The notes under the pieces are model-generated. The model did not search any database. It saw nothing but the letters and a program-made list of their open reading frames with translations, and was not told the origin of the DNA. A stretch of 56,111 nt of DNA from a virus. Taxonomy: Duplodnaviria > Caudoviricetes. The first letter of the stretch is position 1; each line of letters begins with the position of its first letter. The stretch is from positions 1 to 56,111 of IMG/VR virus record IMGVR_UViG_3300045996_001685. One strand, written 5' to 3'. Shown in pieces: positions 29,067 through 38,693 of this stretch. The position numbers and the translations under genes are program-made.

Positions 29067-31556
29067 ATGTCCCTGCACAACCTCCCCCTCCCGCCCGCCT
29101 CTCGCATCCACGTCGACAGCCGGGCAGGCACCTCGGCCGACCAAGCGTTTATCGACGACGCGAGGCGGATGGCGGAACTGACCGACGAAATCGAGGTGGT
29201 GCGCGCGGTCAGCGAGCAAGCCGATGCCAACTCTAAGGGGGCGGTTGCGGTTGCTGCTGGCGTTAACCAAGCGGTCGCCACTGCCAACCTTGCGCTTGCT
29301 CTCACGCAGGCAATCATTCGGCCCGCGTATGACGCGGTCGAGGATGCCATTGCGGACGGCGACCTTGCCACCGGCGAGTATTTCGTTGTAAGCGACGTCG
29401 AGCTGGGCACGTTTCTTTTCTACAAGAAGACCTCTGTCAGCGCGGCGGTGCTTCAGTTCCCGTTTCCGTCGTTCGCGACTATTCTCGCTATCAAGTCGAC
29501 CGTGGACGCTATTAACGAGGTCCAAACCAGCACGGCTTTCGCGGTCACGCCGCCCGCGCCGAGTGACGACTACGACGAGGTGTGGACAGACATAACCTCG
29601 CCGGGGACGCGGTGGACGACGGCGATTGTTTCCGGTCAGCTCCAAATCACGCAAAACCACGGGTCCCTTCTAAGCCGAGGTATTCGCAAGCGCGCCGTCC
29701 CGCTGGCCGCCAATCTTGTGGTTTACGGTGAGGCGGTCTTTGACAACGTGTATGCGGGCGCCGCAATTCAGATACTCATCTCCCCGAACGCTGGTCCCTT
29801 CAACAACACAACCGGCCTTACGCTGAATTGGCGCCAAGACAAGTCGGTGGTGGCTTACCGCTCCGACGGTAACACCAGCGTAGCAGGCGTTATTCCTGCG
29901 GGCGTCTCGACGATTGGCTACAGCGCCGGAGACGTCGTGGGGCTGATGCTGATTACTGGCCTCGACGCCACGACCGGCACGCTGGTTCAGATACTCAACG
30001 GCGAGCCCGTCCAAGCCATGACGGTGACTAACCTCGTGGCTGGCAACGTCGGTATAATGCTGCGTAACTTGGGTCCGGCCGCGGTCGGTCGCATCCGCAG
30101 CTTTGTCACCAACCCCTACACCCGCAAGACCCGTGTCGTGCACCTAGACGCAGGGGCGTCTAGCGACGGAGACGGCTCGCGCGAGTTTCCTATCAAACTC
30201 AGCCCGACGCTTGCGAGGTTTCTCTACTCCAAGCCTTCCGACGAGCTCACCGTGGTGCTGCGGCCGGGCGACTATCGCGGTGGTCTTGGTATCCCGCTTG
30301 TGTCGGGCGTGCGGCACTTGCGCATCACGTCGGAGGGTGCGAGGTTCCCGCGGTTGATGGGCTCGACCCTGCTAACCGGAGGGTGGACTAAGACATCGGG
30401 CTATACAAACATCTACCAGCGGGCGCATTACTACAACGGCGTGACCAACTCGGTATCGACTGAGGGCGGTTTCATTCAGCCCGGACGGTCGTTTACCTTG
30501 TCCGACATTGACGCAAACCCACTCCCGCGCGCTGGCATCGAAGCGCCGCTAACCATCCTGACACGGATGTCTCCGGCCGGCACCAACCCGACCGGCGACC
30601 ATATCATCACTCTCGAGGAGCAGCTCGCCACGCTGGACGACAACCCCGGCGGGTCCGTGGTCGACGTGAATACCGGCATCGTCTATATTCACACGCCCGA
30701 TGGCGTTGACCCGAACACAATCGAGCTAGAACGCCTCGACCGCGCGAGCGTGCTCAAGATACAGTGGCGCTCGGCCGCTGAAATGAACGCCCTTCGCGTC
30801 AGCGTCGAAGGTGTCGAGATGGCCTACAGCTACACCCATGTATTTTGGGCTCAGCGCTGCGCCGTCGAGTTGTATGATTGTCTTGCGTATGGCTCGCTTG
30901 TCGGCAATGCCTACAATTTCGACGAGTGCATGGGGCTGCTCAAATCGTGCACCGGCCAGGACACCTTTAACGACGTCTACCATATGGACCCGGTCGACAA
31001 CCTCGCGACCAACCGGCACCGTCCGACCATGACGCTGGTTGGGTGCACGGCTCAGCGTGCCAAACTCGGCGACGGCATTTCGAACCATGCAGGGACCAAG
31101 TGTGACGTCGACGGCTACCGAGGGCTTTACAATGGCAAGTCGGGCTTGTCGCAAATCGACACCACGACGCTACGTAACTCTGAGCTAATCGGCAATGCTC
31201 AGTTTGGCTATAACTCTGGCGTAAGCTATGCCGGCCAGAATATCGAGCACGTTCTCGACAACGTGACCATTCACAACTCGCCGGGCGGCGTCGACATCGG
31301 CAACGGCGCGACCGGGGTCGCGGCGGGGACGATCGTGCGCGGCGTGATGCGAGGTGGACGAATCAGCAACACGTCCGGGCACGTGCAGGTCAACCGGGCG
31401 CTGGGTATTTCGCGGCTGTCTAATGCCCAGATCGGGGATACCTCGCTCGAGGTCTACAACGTCCGCGACGGCGGGAGCAATGGCGCCATTGCGGGCAGCC
31501 CGTTGCCGGTGATTTACAACGACGGAGACCTCGCTGGCTTCTTCCCGGCGAGCTGA
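29067..31556 (+). CDS. Tailspike-like beta-helix protein
   Basis: N-terminal coiled coil/attachment, lectin-like middle, DGDGSREFP, DGISNH beta-helix. Confidence 0.75.
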   Translation: MSLHNLPLPPASRIHVDSRAGTSADQAFIDDARRMAELTDEIEVVRAVSEQADANSKGAVAVAAGVNQAVATANLALALTQAIIRPAYDAVEDAIADGDLATGEYFVVSDVELGTFLFYKKTSVSAAVLQFPFPSFATILAIKSTVDAINEVQTSTAFAVTPPAPSDDYDEVWTDITSPGTRWTTAIVSGQLQITQNHGSLLSRGIRKRAVPLAANLVVYGEAVFDNVYAGAAIQILISPNAGPFNNTTGLTLNWRQDKSVVAYRSDGNTSVAGVIPAGVSTIGYSAGDVVGLMLITGLDATTGTLVQILNGEPVQAMTVTNLVAGNVGIMLRNLGPAAVGRIRSFVTNPYTRKTRVVHLDAGASSDGDGSREFPIKLSPTLARFLYSKPSDELTVVLRPGDYRGGLGIPLVSGVRHLRITSEGARFPRLMGSTLLTGGWTKTSGYTNIYQRAHYYNGVTNSVSTEGGFIQPGRSFTLSDIDANPLPRAGIEAPLTILTRMSPAGTNPTGDHIITLEEQLATLDDNPGGSVVDVNTGIVYIHTPDGVDPNTIELERLDRASVLKIQWRSAAEMNALRVSVEGVEMAYSYTHVFWAQRCAVELYDCLAYGSLVGNAYNFDECMGLLKSCTGQDTFNDVYHMDPVDNLATNRHRPTMTLVGCTAQRAKLGDGISNHAGTKCDVDGYRGLYNGKSGLSQIDTTTLRNSELIGNAQFGYNSGVSYAGQNIEHVLDNVTIHNSPGGVDIGNGATGVAAGTIVRGVMRGGRISNTSGHVQVNRALGISRLSNAQIGDTSLEVYNVRDGGSNGAIAGSPLPVIYNDGDLAGFFPAS

Positions 31557-31558
31557 CG

Positions 31559-32731
31559 ATGGACCGTCTCACGCCGCGGATGTTTGGCGCCAAGGGCGAC
31601 GGGATATCCGACGACACAGTGCCGCTGGCGCAATGGTGGCGTCGAGCGTTTGACCTAGACGTGGCCCCGGTCCTCGAGCGGGGCCGCTACGTTATTCAGC
31701 CCGGTCGGGTTGTGTACGAGGCTCCGACCGGCAGTAGGGTCCATTTTCACGGGCCGGACCTGCATGTCGAGCCGGGGGCGGTGCTGGTCGTCGACCGGAG
31801 GCTGCCGGACATCCCCGCGCACAATGCGCCGCTGCTGACGCTCCACGGACCGCCGGAGGGAGGTCGGATCATCAAGGACGGGACGCTCAACCGCCTTACC
31901 TTCGAAGACCAAACAACCCACGTTGCGGCCGAGCGGCACGGGTTGAGCCTGCGGGGTATCCAGGAGTGGCAGTTTGGTGCCATCCGCGGCGAGGGGTTGC
32001 GCGGCAGCCTCGTCCATATCCCACGTGCGGTGCACGATGGGTTCAACCCGGACCCGTTTCACGTGGGTTTGTGTCACTTTCGAACCCTCGAGCACAATCG
32101 CGGGAGCGGCCCGGCGATAGGCAACGACAACAATGTCGGCCTAAACGGTTGTGGGTTCGGTAGCGTTCGCTCGGGCGGCGGACGGCTGGCCGGCGGGATA
32201 CTCCGCACGGCGGGCGCGGGAAACAATTACGGCATTGTGACCACCTCGACGACCAGGGGGTGGGCGGCCGACTTCTACAACTCGGGCGGCTCGGTTTCGC
32301 GGGATACTTGGCTAGGGGCGGAGCTAGACAACCCTGAATACGGCATTCGGATTCAGGCGCAGCTCGACATGAAGCTCGAGAACGCCCGCATTGTCTGTGG
32401 CTATCAAGACGGAATCGGTTACTGGCCACGCATCCCACTGCAGATTGGAGGCGGTCGCCTCATCCGAAACGTGCTTGTCCGGCTCCGCATTCGCATCGAC
32501 CCGCCCAAACCCGGGGTTAAGGGGCCCACCGGCGAGCCGCCGAGCGCCGCAGACTTCGCGCCGGCATTGGTCGACCTGTGCGGCGATCCTAATCTAGTGG
32601 ACGTGCACGTTGACCTGCAGGTCACGGACAACTCCGGCCTCGGCATCGGCACGACCGTCTCCAACTATGTCCGAAACGCCAAGAACGCCCGTGTCACCAT
32701 TGACCGGGATGGCAAGCGGGTGCTCGGCTAA
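31559..32731 (+). CDS. Pectate-lyase-3-like beta-helix protein
   Basis: TPRMFGAKGDGISDDT N-terminal motif. Confidence 0.75.
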   Translation: MDRLTPRMFGAKGDGISDDTVPLAQWWRRAFDLDVAPVLERGRYVIQPGRVVYEAPTGSRVHFHGPDLHVEPGAVLVVDRRLPDIPAHNAPLLTLHGPPEGGRIIKDGTLNRLTFEDQTTHVAAERHGLSLRGIQEWQFGAIRGEGLRGSLVHIPRAVHDGFNPDPFHVGLCHFRTLEHNRGSGPAIGNDNNVGLNGCGFGSVRSGGGRLAGGILRTAGAGNNYGIVTTSTTRGWAADFYNSGGSVSRDTWLGAELDNPEYGIRIQAQLDMKLENARIVCGYQDGIGYWPRIPLQIGGGRLIRNVLVRLRIRIDPPKPGVKGPTGEPPSAADFAPALVDLCGDPNLVDVHVDLQVTDNSGLGIGTTVSNYVRNAKNARVTIDRDGKRVLG

Positions 32732-32752
32732 CCCAAGAGGCTGTGATCAGTC

Positions 32753-33607
32753 ATGACAACGCGCCTTGACCAGCTTCCCCCCGGCCGCCGGTGGATTGGT
32801 GGCGACCCGGGCAGCACCGGCAATGAGGTGCTCTACCGGCAGACGATTAAGACTAAGATACCGTCGGGCACACAGCGTAGGGACTACGTCGAGTGTGTGT
32901 TTAACTGGGAGGGCAATCAAGATTTTGTGATGCTTGGCGGTGGCTACAAAAATCTGCGCTTCTTGGGGTGCAAGCTTGTAGGGTGCCGTCCGATCCCGGC
33001 GCAGAACAACGCACCCAAGTTCTTCTACATTCATGTCCCGGACGAGGACGAGGACGTTGGCAGTAACCTTGTGTGGGATGGCACAGAAGTCGTCAACAGC
33101 CGCTCAGAAGGTTTCGCCGAGTTCAAGTGTGCTGGCTGGACAGTCGCCAACACCAAATACACAAACACCAACGTAACCCGACAAGACATCTGGTGTAGGT
33201 GGGGCAAGGGTGGACTGGTCTACAACAATCCCGACTTTGACCACGCCACCGTCCGCGGGCACGGACACGCCTTCGTCGACTGCCCGAAAATGAAGGTGAC
33301 GCTGTATGCGGGTAACCTCCCGGCCGTCAAACGCGAGTGGCAGCCGCTTGCCGTGCCGGGCGGCATGAATAATCAGCACTCGAGCGCTGAGTGTTACGTC
33401 AGGGGCTGCCGAAGTGTCACGGTCGGGACCCTGAACAAGCTCCCCCTGATGTCTCCCGACGGCAAAACCCGCGGGCAGGTCTATCCAAGCCGGGATCATG
33501 CAATCGAGGACGGTATCCCCGTCGAGTTTGAACGCGACGCCTATACCAACATCCGCAGGTTCCCCGGGCCGCCGGAGGTAATGCAGCGACTGCCCGGCGT
33601 GGTCTAG
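32753..33607 (+). CDS. Stand-alone PL6-like beta-helix module, paralog of gpJ C-terminus
   Basis: WIGGDPG, EFK..RWG, RGHGH, LYAGNLPA..WQPL.VPG. Confidence 0.75.
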   Translation: MTTRLDQLPPGRRWIGGDPGSTGNEVLYRQTIKTKIPSGTQRRDYVECVFNWEGNQDFVMLGGGYKNLRFLGCKLVGCRPIPAQNNAPKFFYIHVPDEDEDVGSNLVWDGTEVVNSRSEGFAEFKCAGWTVANTKYTNTNVTRQDIWCRWGKGGLVYNNPDFDHATVRGHGHAFVDCPKMKVTLYAGNLPAVKREWQPLAVPGGMNNQHSSAECYVRGCRSVTVGTLNKLPLMSPDGKTRGQVYPSRDHAIEDGIPVEFERDAYTNIRRFPGPPEVMQRLPGVV

Positions 33608-33657
33608 GCGTGCTATCGCTCTAGCGCGGCACTCCCGCCGCGTCAGGAGTTATCAGA

Positions 33658-34839
33658 ATGAAGAGGTTTGTAGGGGCGGCGCTGCTAGCGGCGTGCTTTG
33701 CGGGGGGAGCTCATGCCCTCCCGATTACCGACGGGACCCCGGTCGGCCACGCGGTGTGGGGCAACTTCGTCGGCAATCACACTATGGGCGGGCCGAACCT
33801 CTCCCGGGTCGCGCTGACCGGGAAGAACATGTTCGGCTCGCAAGTGTGCTTTGATCGGATCGAAACGCACTTCATTGCTGAGGCTGGCGGGACGGGTTAC
33901 TCGGCGGGCAATGGTGGTAGCGTCCGGGTCGGGGTCCACTCTCTGAACGCCGACGGCAGCCCGAACGCGCTCGTCGGCGGCTGGACGCCCCTCTACAGCC
34001 CGAACCTCGTCAATGGTTGGATCACAGCCCAGCAGACGGTGCCAGGGACCTTGTGGCCGGAGCTGTATTTCAGCTCGCCCGCATGCCTATCCGCCGGCCA
34101 GAAATTCGCGCTGGTCTACGAGAACGGCGCGGGATCGCCAGCAACTAACTATATGGGCGTGAATACACGAGGCGTCTCACTGCCGGCCAACTCCCCGGCG
34201 GTCGATCCCGTGTGGACCGTGTGGCAGAAGCACGGGGCTAATGCATGGTTCGAACGTACGTGGCCAACGGAGAGTCACGTCCCGACGTTTCGTCTTTGCG
34301 ATGGTCCTCCTCCAAACGGCCAGTGCATCGGACAGCCGTATATGGAGAGGGCGGACCCGAAGTCAGTCGGCGGCAGCGTCCAGGTTTGGCAGGAGGTGCG
34401 GAGCTCTACGACCCGGACGTGTCAGACGCTGCGGCTGACGCTGTCCCGTCGGTTGTCGACGGGGACGGTCGTTCGGCTGGGAGTCCGGAGCCTGACCGGC
34501 GGGTTCTTGGCCGGCCAGTATGTGGACGTCAGCCTCTCGGGGTTGCCCGTGGTCGGCACGGACCCGAACCTCGGCCCGTTCACTGTGAGCGAGGTCGTCG
34601 GCACCCTCCCGTCTGCAGTCACGCTGACGGCCAACACGACCTATAGGTTGTGGGCGGGCAATGGTGCGGCCGGGAGCTTGTGGTTCTCGCCGATGCAGTC
34701 GGGGTATCCGGACTATTTTGAGACGGATGAGAGCTACGGGGGCACGACCCTAAAGGCGCGCTACTCGCCCGACAACGACGCGACCCGGTTGGATTGGGAC
34801 GCCGAGACCATTCACGACCTGCAATTCTACTGCGAGTAA
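33658..34839 (+). CDS. Exported beta-sandwich protein with Sec signal peptide
   Basis: MKRFVGAALLAACFAGGAHA/LP; SD AGGAG. Confidence 0.75.
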   Translation: MKRFVGAALLAACFAGGAHALPITDGTPVGHAVWGNFVGNHTMGGPNLSRVALTGKNMFGSQVCFDRIETHFIAEAGGTGYSAGNGGSVRVGVHSLNADGSPNALVGGWTPLYSPNLVNGWITAQQTVPGTLWPELYFSSPACLSAGQKFALVYENGAGSPATNYMGVNTRGVSLPANSPAVDPVWTVWQKHGANAWFERTWPTESHVPTFRLCDGPPPNGQCIGQPYMERADPKSVGGSVQVWQEVRSSTTRTCQTLRLTLSRRLSTGTVVRLGVRSLTGGFLAGQYVDVSLSGLPVVGTDPNLGPFTVSEVVGTLPSAVTLTANTTYRLWAGNGAAGSLWFSPMQSGYPDYFETDESYGGTTLKARYSPDNDATRLDWDAETIHDLQFYCE

Positions 34840-34842
34840 GTG

Positions 34843-34878
34843 ATCGCGGCCGCCCGGGGGTGCCTAGGCGGCCGCGAT
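34843..34878. terminator. GC-rich hairpin where late and early transcripts converge
   Basis: ATCGCGGCCGCC..GGCGGCCGCGAT 12 bp inverted repeat; no long U-tract. Confidence 0.7.
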
Positions 34879-34883
34879 TGCGT

Positions 34884-35063
34884 CTAGCGGTTGGTTAGAT
34901 CGCGGAGTGCCGCTAGCAGTTCTTTGTGCCGCTTGTCTCGATAAAACGATGCGGTGGCGGCGGCAAAGCCCCCGGCGGTCGAGAATACGACGGCGCCAAT
35001 GTAGGCGTCACTAGCTTGTGCCAGGATAGCCACTCCGAACAGATACAGAGCAAACTCACCCAT
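34884..35063 (-). CDS. Small membrane protein (not in ORF track)
   Basis: Manual translation MGEFALYLFGVAILAQASDAYIGAVVFSTAGGFAAATASFYRDKRHKELLAALRDLTNR. Confidence 0.6.
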   Translation of the reverse strand: MGEFALYLFGVAILAQASDAYIGAVVFSTAGGFAAATASFYRDKRHKELLAALRDLTNR

Positions 35064-35226
35064 CCCGCGACTCCCTCTCCGGCTCTTGAGCTCGGGCCGC
35101 CCGTATCCGTGTCGCGGTCAGCCGCGACCGGATGATGGTCAGCCGGCGAATAGCCTCCTCCCGCGTGAGCTCGGCAAGGTCGCATGAGAGGTCGGCCAAG
35201 ATGCGCTTTACAACCTCCTCAGTCAT
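35056..35226 (-). CDS. Hypothetical protein
   Basis: MTEEVVKRIL; SD AAGG; coupled to upstream stop. Confidence 0.55.
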   Translation of the reverse strand: MTEEVVKRILADLSCDLAELTREEAIRRLTIIRSRLTATRIRAARAQEPERESRDG

Positions 35227-35588
35227 TCCTTGCACCTCGGACCGGGGACCAGCGTGAAGCCGGCGGCCTGCAACAGGTCGAGCTCCGACTCGCTCGCCCG
35301 GCCAACATCGAGAGGGCCTCGGTGCTGAGCCCGCTCTATCAGAGTCTCCCACGCGCGGAGGTGGCGCAACAGTTCGGGATCGGCGGGTGTAATCCGTGCG
35401 CCACCATCCTCTACGCTGTGCCACGTCTCGCCTTTGTCCAGACTGATGAGCCTGTAGTTGCCGTAGGGCTGACAGTAACCTCGGCGGGTCGCGTGGAGAC
35501 CTAGACCGCCCTCATTGCCGATGCGGTCGCGGTGGTCGTCAGCATACACCGGCTGCCGTAACCAACGCCTGAGTAGGGCTCTAAACAT
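35223..35588 (-). CDS. Hypothetical protein
   Basis: Overlapping chain of coupled ORFs. Confidence 0.6.
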   Translation of the reverse strand: MFRALLRRWLRQPVYADDHRDRIGNEGGLGLHATRRGYCQPYGNYRLISLDKGETWHSVEDGGARITPADPELLRHLRAWETLIERAQHRGPLDVGRASESELDLLQAAGFTLVPGPRCKE

Positions 35589-36009
35589 TCGGCTGATCCT
35601 TTAGTGATGCCCATCCCTCGTCGACCGCTTGCAGCATTTGCTTGCCGTGCTCAGTCTCGGCAAACTCAACCCACGACACCACTCCGGCCGGGGTGACGAT
35701 GCCAGATGTGCACGAGCCGAGGTCGCGAAGGTCGAGGAGCAGCGAGGTCAGCGCGGCCCGCACGCGTTGCTCGCGGTGCCCGGGAGTGACTTGCTCCCGG
35801 AGCTGAAGTGGGGAGTTGGCGAAGTTCTGGAGCGTGCGAAGCACAGCCTCCATGGCCGCTATCTCCTCGTCGGCCTTGGCCTCCGTCATTTTGCTGTCAG
35901 CCACGAGCCGTGCGTAAACCCGATGCCGCTGGCGGAGCTCCCGCTCGACTGCTGCGATCTGGCGAGTCAGGGACACGTAAACGGGCGAGTCGGGGGAAAG
36001 GTCAGTCAC
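35581..36009 (-). CDS. Hypothetical phage protein
   Basis: QIAAVERELRQRHRVY..MT..KADEEIAAMEAV, a recurrent small phage domain. Confidence 0.7.
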   Translation of the reverse strand: MTDLSPDSPVYVSLTRQIAAVERELRQRHRVYARLVADSKMTEAKADEEIAAMEAVLRTLQNFANSPLQLREQVTPGHREQRVRAALTSLLLDLRDLGSCTSGIVTPAGVVSWVEFAETEHGKQMLQAVDEGWASLKDQPNV

Positions 36010-36208
36010 GTGACAGCACTCCTCGGCCGAGCCGGGACACGCGCATGCGGAGCTTCTCTAGGTTCGTAGGTGGCACGAACTCCACGACCGGCTCGACCAG
36101 CCGGATCGTAACGGGTCGTGGCTTAGGCTCGATGCGATCGGGCAGCAACCCGGCCGCCTCCGCATCCCGCAAGAGCTCCTCGACGCGTGGATTTGCGCTG
36201 GTGGTCAT
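36002..36208 (-). CDS. Hypothetical protein
   Basis: ATGA overlap with recT stop. Confidence 0.55.
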   Translation of the reverse strand: MTTSANPRVEELLRDAEAAGLLPDRIEPKPRPVTIRLVEPVVEFVPPTNLEKLRMRVSRLGRGVLSRD

Positions 36209-37218
36209 TGTCCAGGGGTCCCGTTGATGAGGTGGTCGAGCATGTTCTCTACCCACACGGCCGGCTGGCCGATGCGCGCGAACTGGTCCCGGTTGTGGTC
36301 GAGGTACTGCTGCAGGACGGCCGGGCTTTGCTCGTATCTGGCGAATAGCGTCCGCCACATACCTCCCCACTCGTCGAGTGAGGCGCACAACCGTGCTTGC
36401 CACTGTTTGTTACTCCAGATGACAATGGGGTATCCGCCCGGGTCGTCGAGACCGTCGAGCGGGTCGGCTTTGCCGTCGAGCGTCCGTGAGTCGTCGGTGT
36501 GGTCCTCGACGAGCAACGCCCCATCCTGGCGGAGGTAGGAGTGGCGGCCGATCTCCTCGAATGTGGTGTCAACGGCTGCGGCCCGCTGAAAGTCGACCAC
36601 GAGGGGCAGGTGGCGGGCGAGCCGGCGCTTTGCGGTCTTGGCGCACATGGCCGGAAACCCGATCGTGGGATCGTTCCACGGACTATCGGATTTGCGAGCG
36701 CCGGGGCTCTTGTTCTTCACAGCCAGAAGTTCGTCGCGGTCTAGCACGACCACGATCGGCGAGCGGCCGGGAGCGATGGCAGACGCCCACGCCGCGAATA
36801 TCGCACGGTCAGCGCCCGCGCCGAGCGCCTTCTTGTGCTCCACGAAAGGCTGCGTCCCGTCGCTGAAGTCGAAGCGGTCGCCCTCCCGCACGACATCGCC
36901 GGTCAGGGTCAACCCCGCACGATGCGCGAGGGTGTTAAACCCTCGAGCTCCGATAAGTGGCTGCGCCTTGCCACCGAATGGCAGAAGGTATGCCTGCCCG
37001 GTAGCGCCGTCGACCTCTAGTCCGAGAACGGCGAACGTGTTTGCGGCCATGACAATGCTAGTCATGGTGCATTCACGCAGCTTGGGCGTGCGCTCGATAC
37101 TAATTAGTATCGTCTGCAACAGCCTCTCCGGGGTTAGCTTGGTATTGGCCAGCATATCCCGCCAGCCGGGCAGCATCGGCTCGAAAGCACGCTCGTATGC
37201 AACTAGGTCAGTGCTCAA
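36205..37218 (-). CDS. recT: RecT-family single-strand annealing protein
   Basis: PKLRECT..S, LGLE...GQAYLLPF, VVREGDRF, SPW....MCAKTAKRRLAR.LP. Confidence 0.95.
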   Translation of the reverse strand: MSTDLVAYERAFEPMLPGWRDMLANTKLTPERLLQTILISIERTPKLRECTMTSIVMAANTFAVLGLEVDGATGQAYLLPFGGKAQPLIGARGFNTLAHRAGLTLTGDVVREGDRFDFSDGTQPFVEHKKALGAGADRAIFAAWASAIAPGRSPIVVVLDRDELLAVKNKSPGARKSDSPWNDPTIGFPAMCAKTAKRRLARHLPLVVDFQRAAAVDTTFEEIGRHSYLRQDGALLVEDHTDDSRTLDGKADPLDGLDDPGGYPIVIWSNKQWQARLCASLDEWGGMWRTLFARYEQSPAVLQQYLDHNRDQFARIGQPAVWVENMLDHLINGTPGQ

Positions 37219-38147
37219 ACTCGGTACTCCGGCACCGGCGGTGCGTCGTAGATGACGCCCTCAGGGTGCGGTTTGAGGGTGATTTTCTTGCGGAGGTGCG
37301 CCTTGCGCGTGGTTTGCTGCTCGTCCATCGGGGTTTTTGTGACCCTGACGCGGTGCGACGCTGTGATGATCTCCGGGGCGCGGGCGGCGAGAATGACAGC
37401 CTCCGCGGCCTCCGCGACCGCCTTGGCTTGCCGCAGCATCGTCCTCGCCGTCTCCAGGTCCGCACACGCTTGAGCGAGGACGTGGTCGCCGGTGGCGTCG
37501 AGCGGAGGCGCTCCAGGCTCCGGTACGGGCAGCAACTCGAGTAACACGGGGTTGTCTCGCCCGCCCTCGTGAGGAGGTGGCCGGCGCTCCTCGACCTCGG
37601 CCCAGAACGTCCGGAGCTCGCGCTCGAAAGCAGAGTGGACACGAGGGTTGGGGTCACGGAGGAGGACGGGAGCGAGCTCGTTACCGCCGACCAGCGTGGC
37701 AATCCCGCCCCACGTGGCCCCTGTTACCCATAGCTGGTGCTGAACCTGCAGCTCGACGTCCAGCGGTGGCTTGCCGCCCGCCCACGCACCCCATTGCCAC
37801 TCCGCGCGATCTACGCACTTGGTTTCGAGTACGCCGAGCCCGCGCTCGTGGCGGAGGATGAGTGCGTCGACCGTGGCGCCGGTCCGGAGCGTCGAGTCAG
37901 GGTGCTCTAGCCAGTTGTCGGCCTCATTCGACTCGATCTCCCACCCCTCCCGCCGGGCAACCTCGGCGGTAATGAGGGGCTGGAGAAGCCGCCCCCACCT
38001 CATCCGGTCGTCCTCGTGGTGGTCGAGGGAGGCGCCGGTGACGAAGTGGTGCCAGAGCTGGAGACGGGTGTGGTAGCGCGACTTGCCGAACAACCCCGCG
38101 ATCATGCTCGAGCCTATTTTGCCTTTGCGGGCGGGCGATAGGGTCAC
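37215..38147 (-). CDS. YqaJ / lambda-exonuclease-like recombination nuclease
   Basis: IGSS, WGRLLQP, ATVDA..LETK, QVQHQLWVTG. Confidence 0.92.
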   Translation of the reverse strand: MTLSPARKGKIGSSMIAGLFGKSRYHTRLQLWHHFVTGASLDHHEDDRMRWGRLLQPLITAEVARREGWEIESNEADNWLEHPDSTLRTGATVDALILRHERGLGVLETKCVDRAEWQWGAWAGGKPPLDVELQVQHQLWVTGATWGGIATLVGGNELAPVLLRDPNPRVHSAFERELRTFWAEVEERRPPPHEGGRDNPVLLELLPVPEPGAPPLDATGDHVLAQACADLETARTMLRQAKAVAEAAEAVILAARAPEIITASHRVRVTKTPMDEQQTTRKAHLRKKITLKPHPEGVIYDAPPVPEYRV

Positions 38148-38452
38148 TCGGCGGCCTCACTCGCCGGCGCCGGCCACTCGCGGACGAAGTTGGCCTCCAT
38201 CCTGACCCGCACGACTTGGTCGGCGAGGAGCATCAGCTCGTGGTCGCCCGCCGTTGGGTTCGACTCGGCCAGCCGGCGCCACAAGCCGTCATACGCGGAT
38301 ATCACTAGGTCCGCATATTCGTCCTTGGTCAGCGGCTCAGCGTGATTGGTCCCGGGCGTCGGCCATGGCAGCCGGGTTTCAAAGGTGGCGCGCGACCACC
38401 TAATGTGCTCGGCGCGGGTCGCAATGTGTCGTTCGCTGAGATCGTAGGTCAC
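38144..38452 (-). CDS. Hypothetical protein
   Basis: SD AAGGA; coupled to exonuclease. Confidence 0.65.
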   Translation of the reverse strand: MTYDLSERHIATRAEHIRWSRATFETRLPWPTPGTNHAEPLTKDEYADLVISAYDGLWRRLAESNPTAGDHELMLLADQVVRVRMEANFVREWPAPASEAAE

Positions 38453-38498
38453 GGGCTGATTCCTTAGTTGGTGGTGGTGGTTGAGGGGTGACGGGCGG

Positions 38499-38693
38499 TT
38501 AGCTGACCAACCCCCACCACAGAGGCGCGAGCAGGGGACCCCACGCGCGCCACAGTATCCACAGCAGCAGCACCCACAGAGGCAGAAACCCCACGGCCAG
38601 CACTAGGGTGCGGAGCCAAGCCGGGGTGCGAGCGTCCGGTCGCACTGGCTCGCGGTATCGAGGAGGGGGTGGGACGTGGGGGTAGCCCGTCAC
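38499..38693 (-). CDS. Small membrane protein
   Basis: LVLAVGFLPLWVLLLWILW; GTGA coupling. Confidence 0.55.
   Translation of the reverse strand: MTGYPHVPPPPRYREPVRPDARTPAWLRTLVLAVGFLPLWVLLLWILWRAWGPLLAPLWWGLVS

Noticed and set aside
19178-33607. DGR or shufflon explaining the paralogous tail modules
   Set aside because: No reverse transcriptase or invertase, no near-identical nucleotide repeats or adenine-specific differences; similarity is protein-level only
33621-34916. Imperfect inverted repeat (GCGGCACTCC core) flanking the exported-protein gene, suggesting an invertible or mobile cassette
   Set aside because: Only 10 bp perfect, GC-rich, one copy inside a probable CDS, and no recombinase; likely chance
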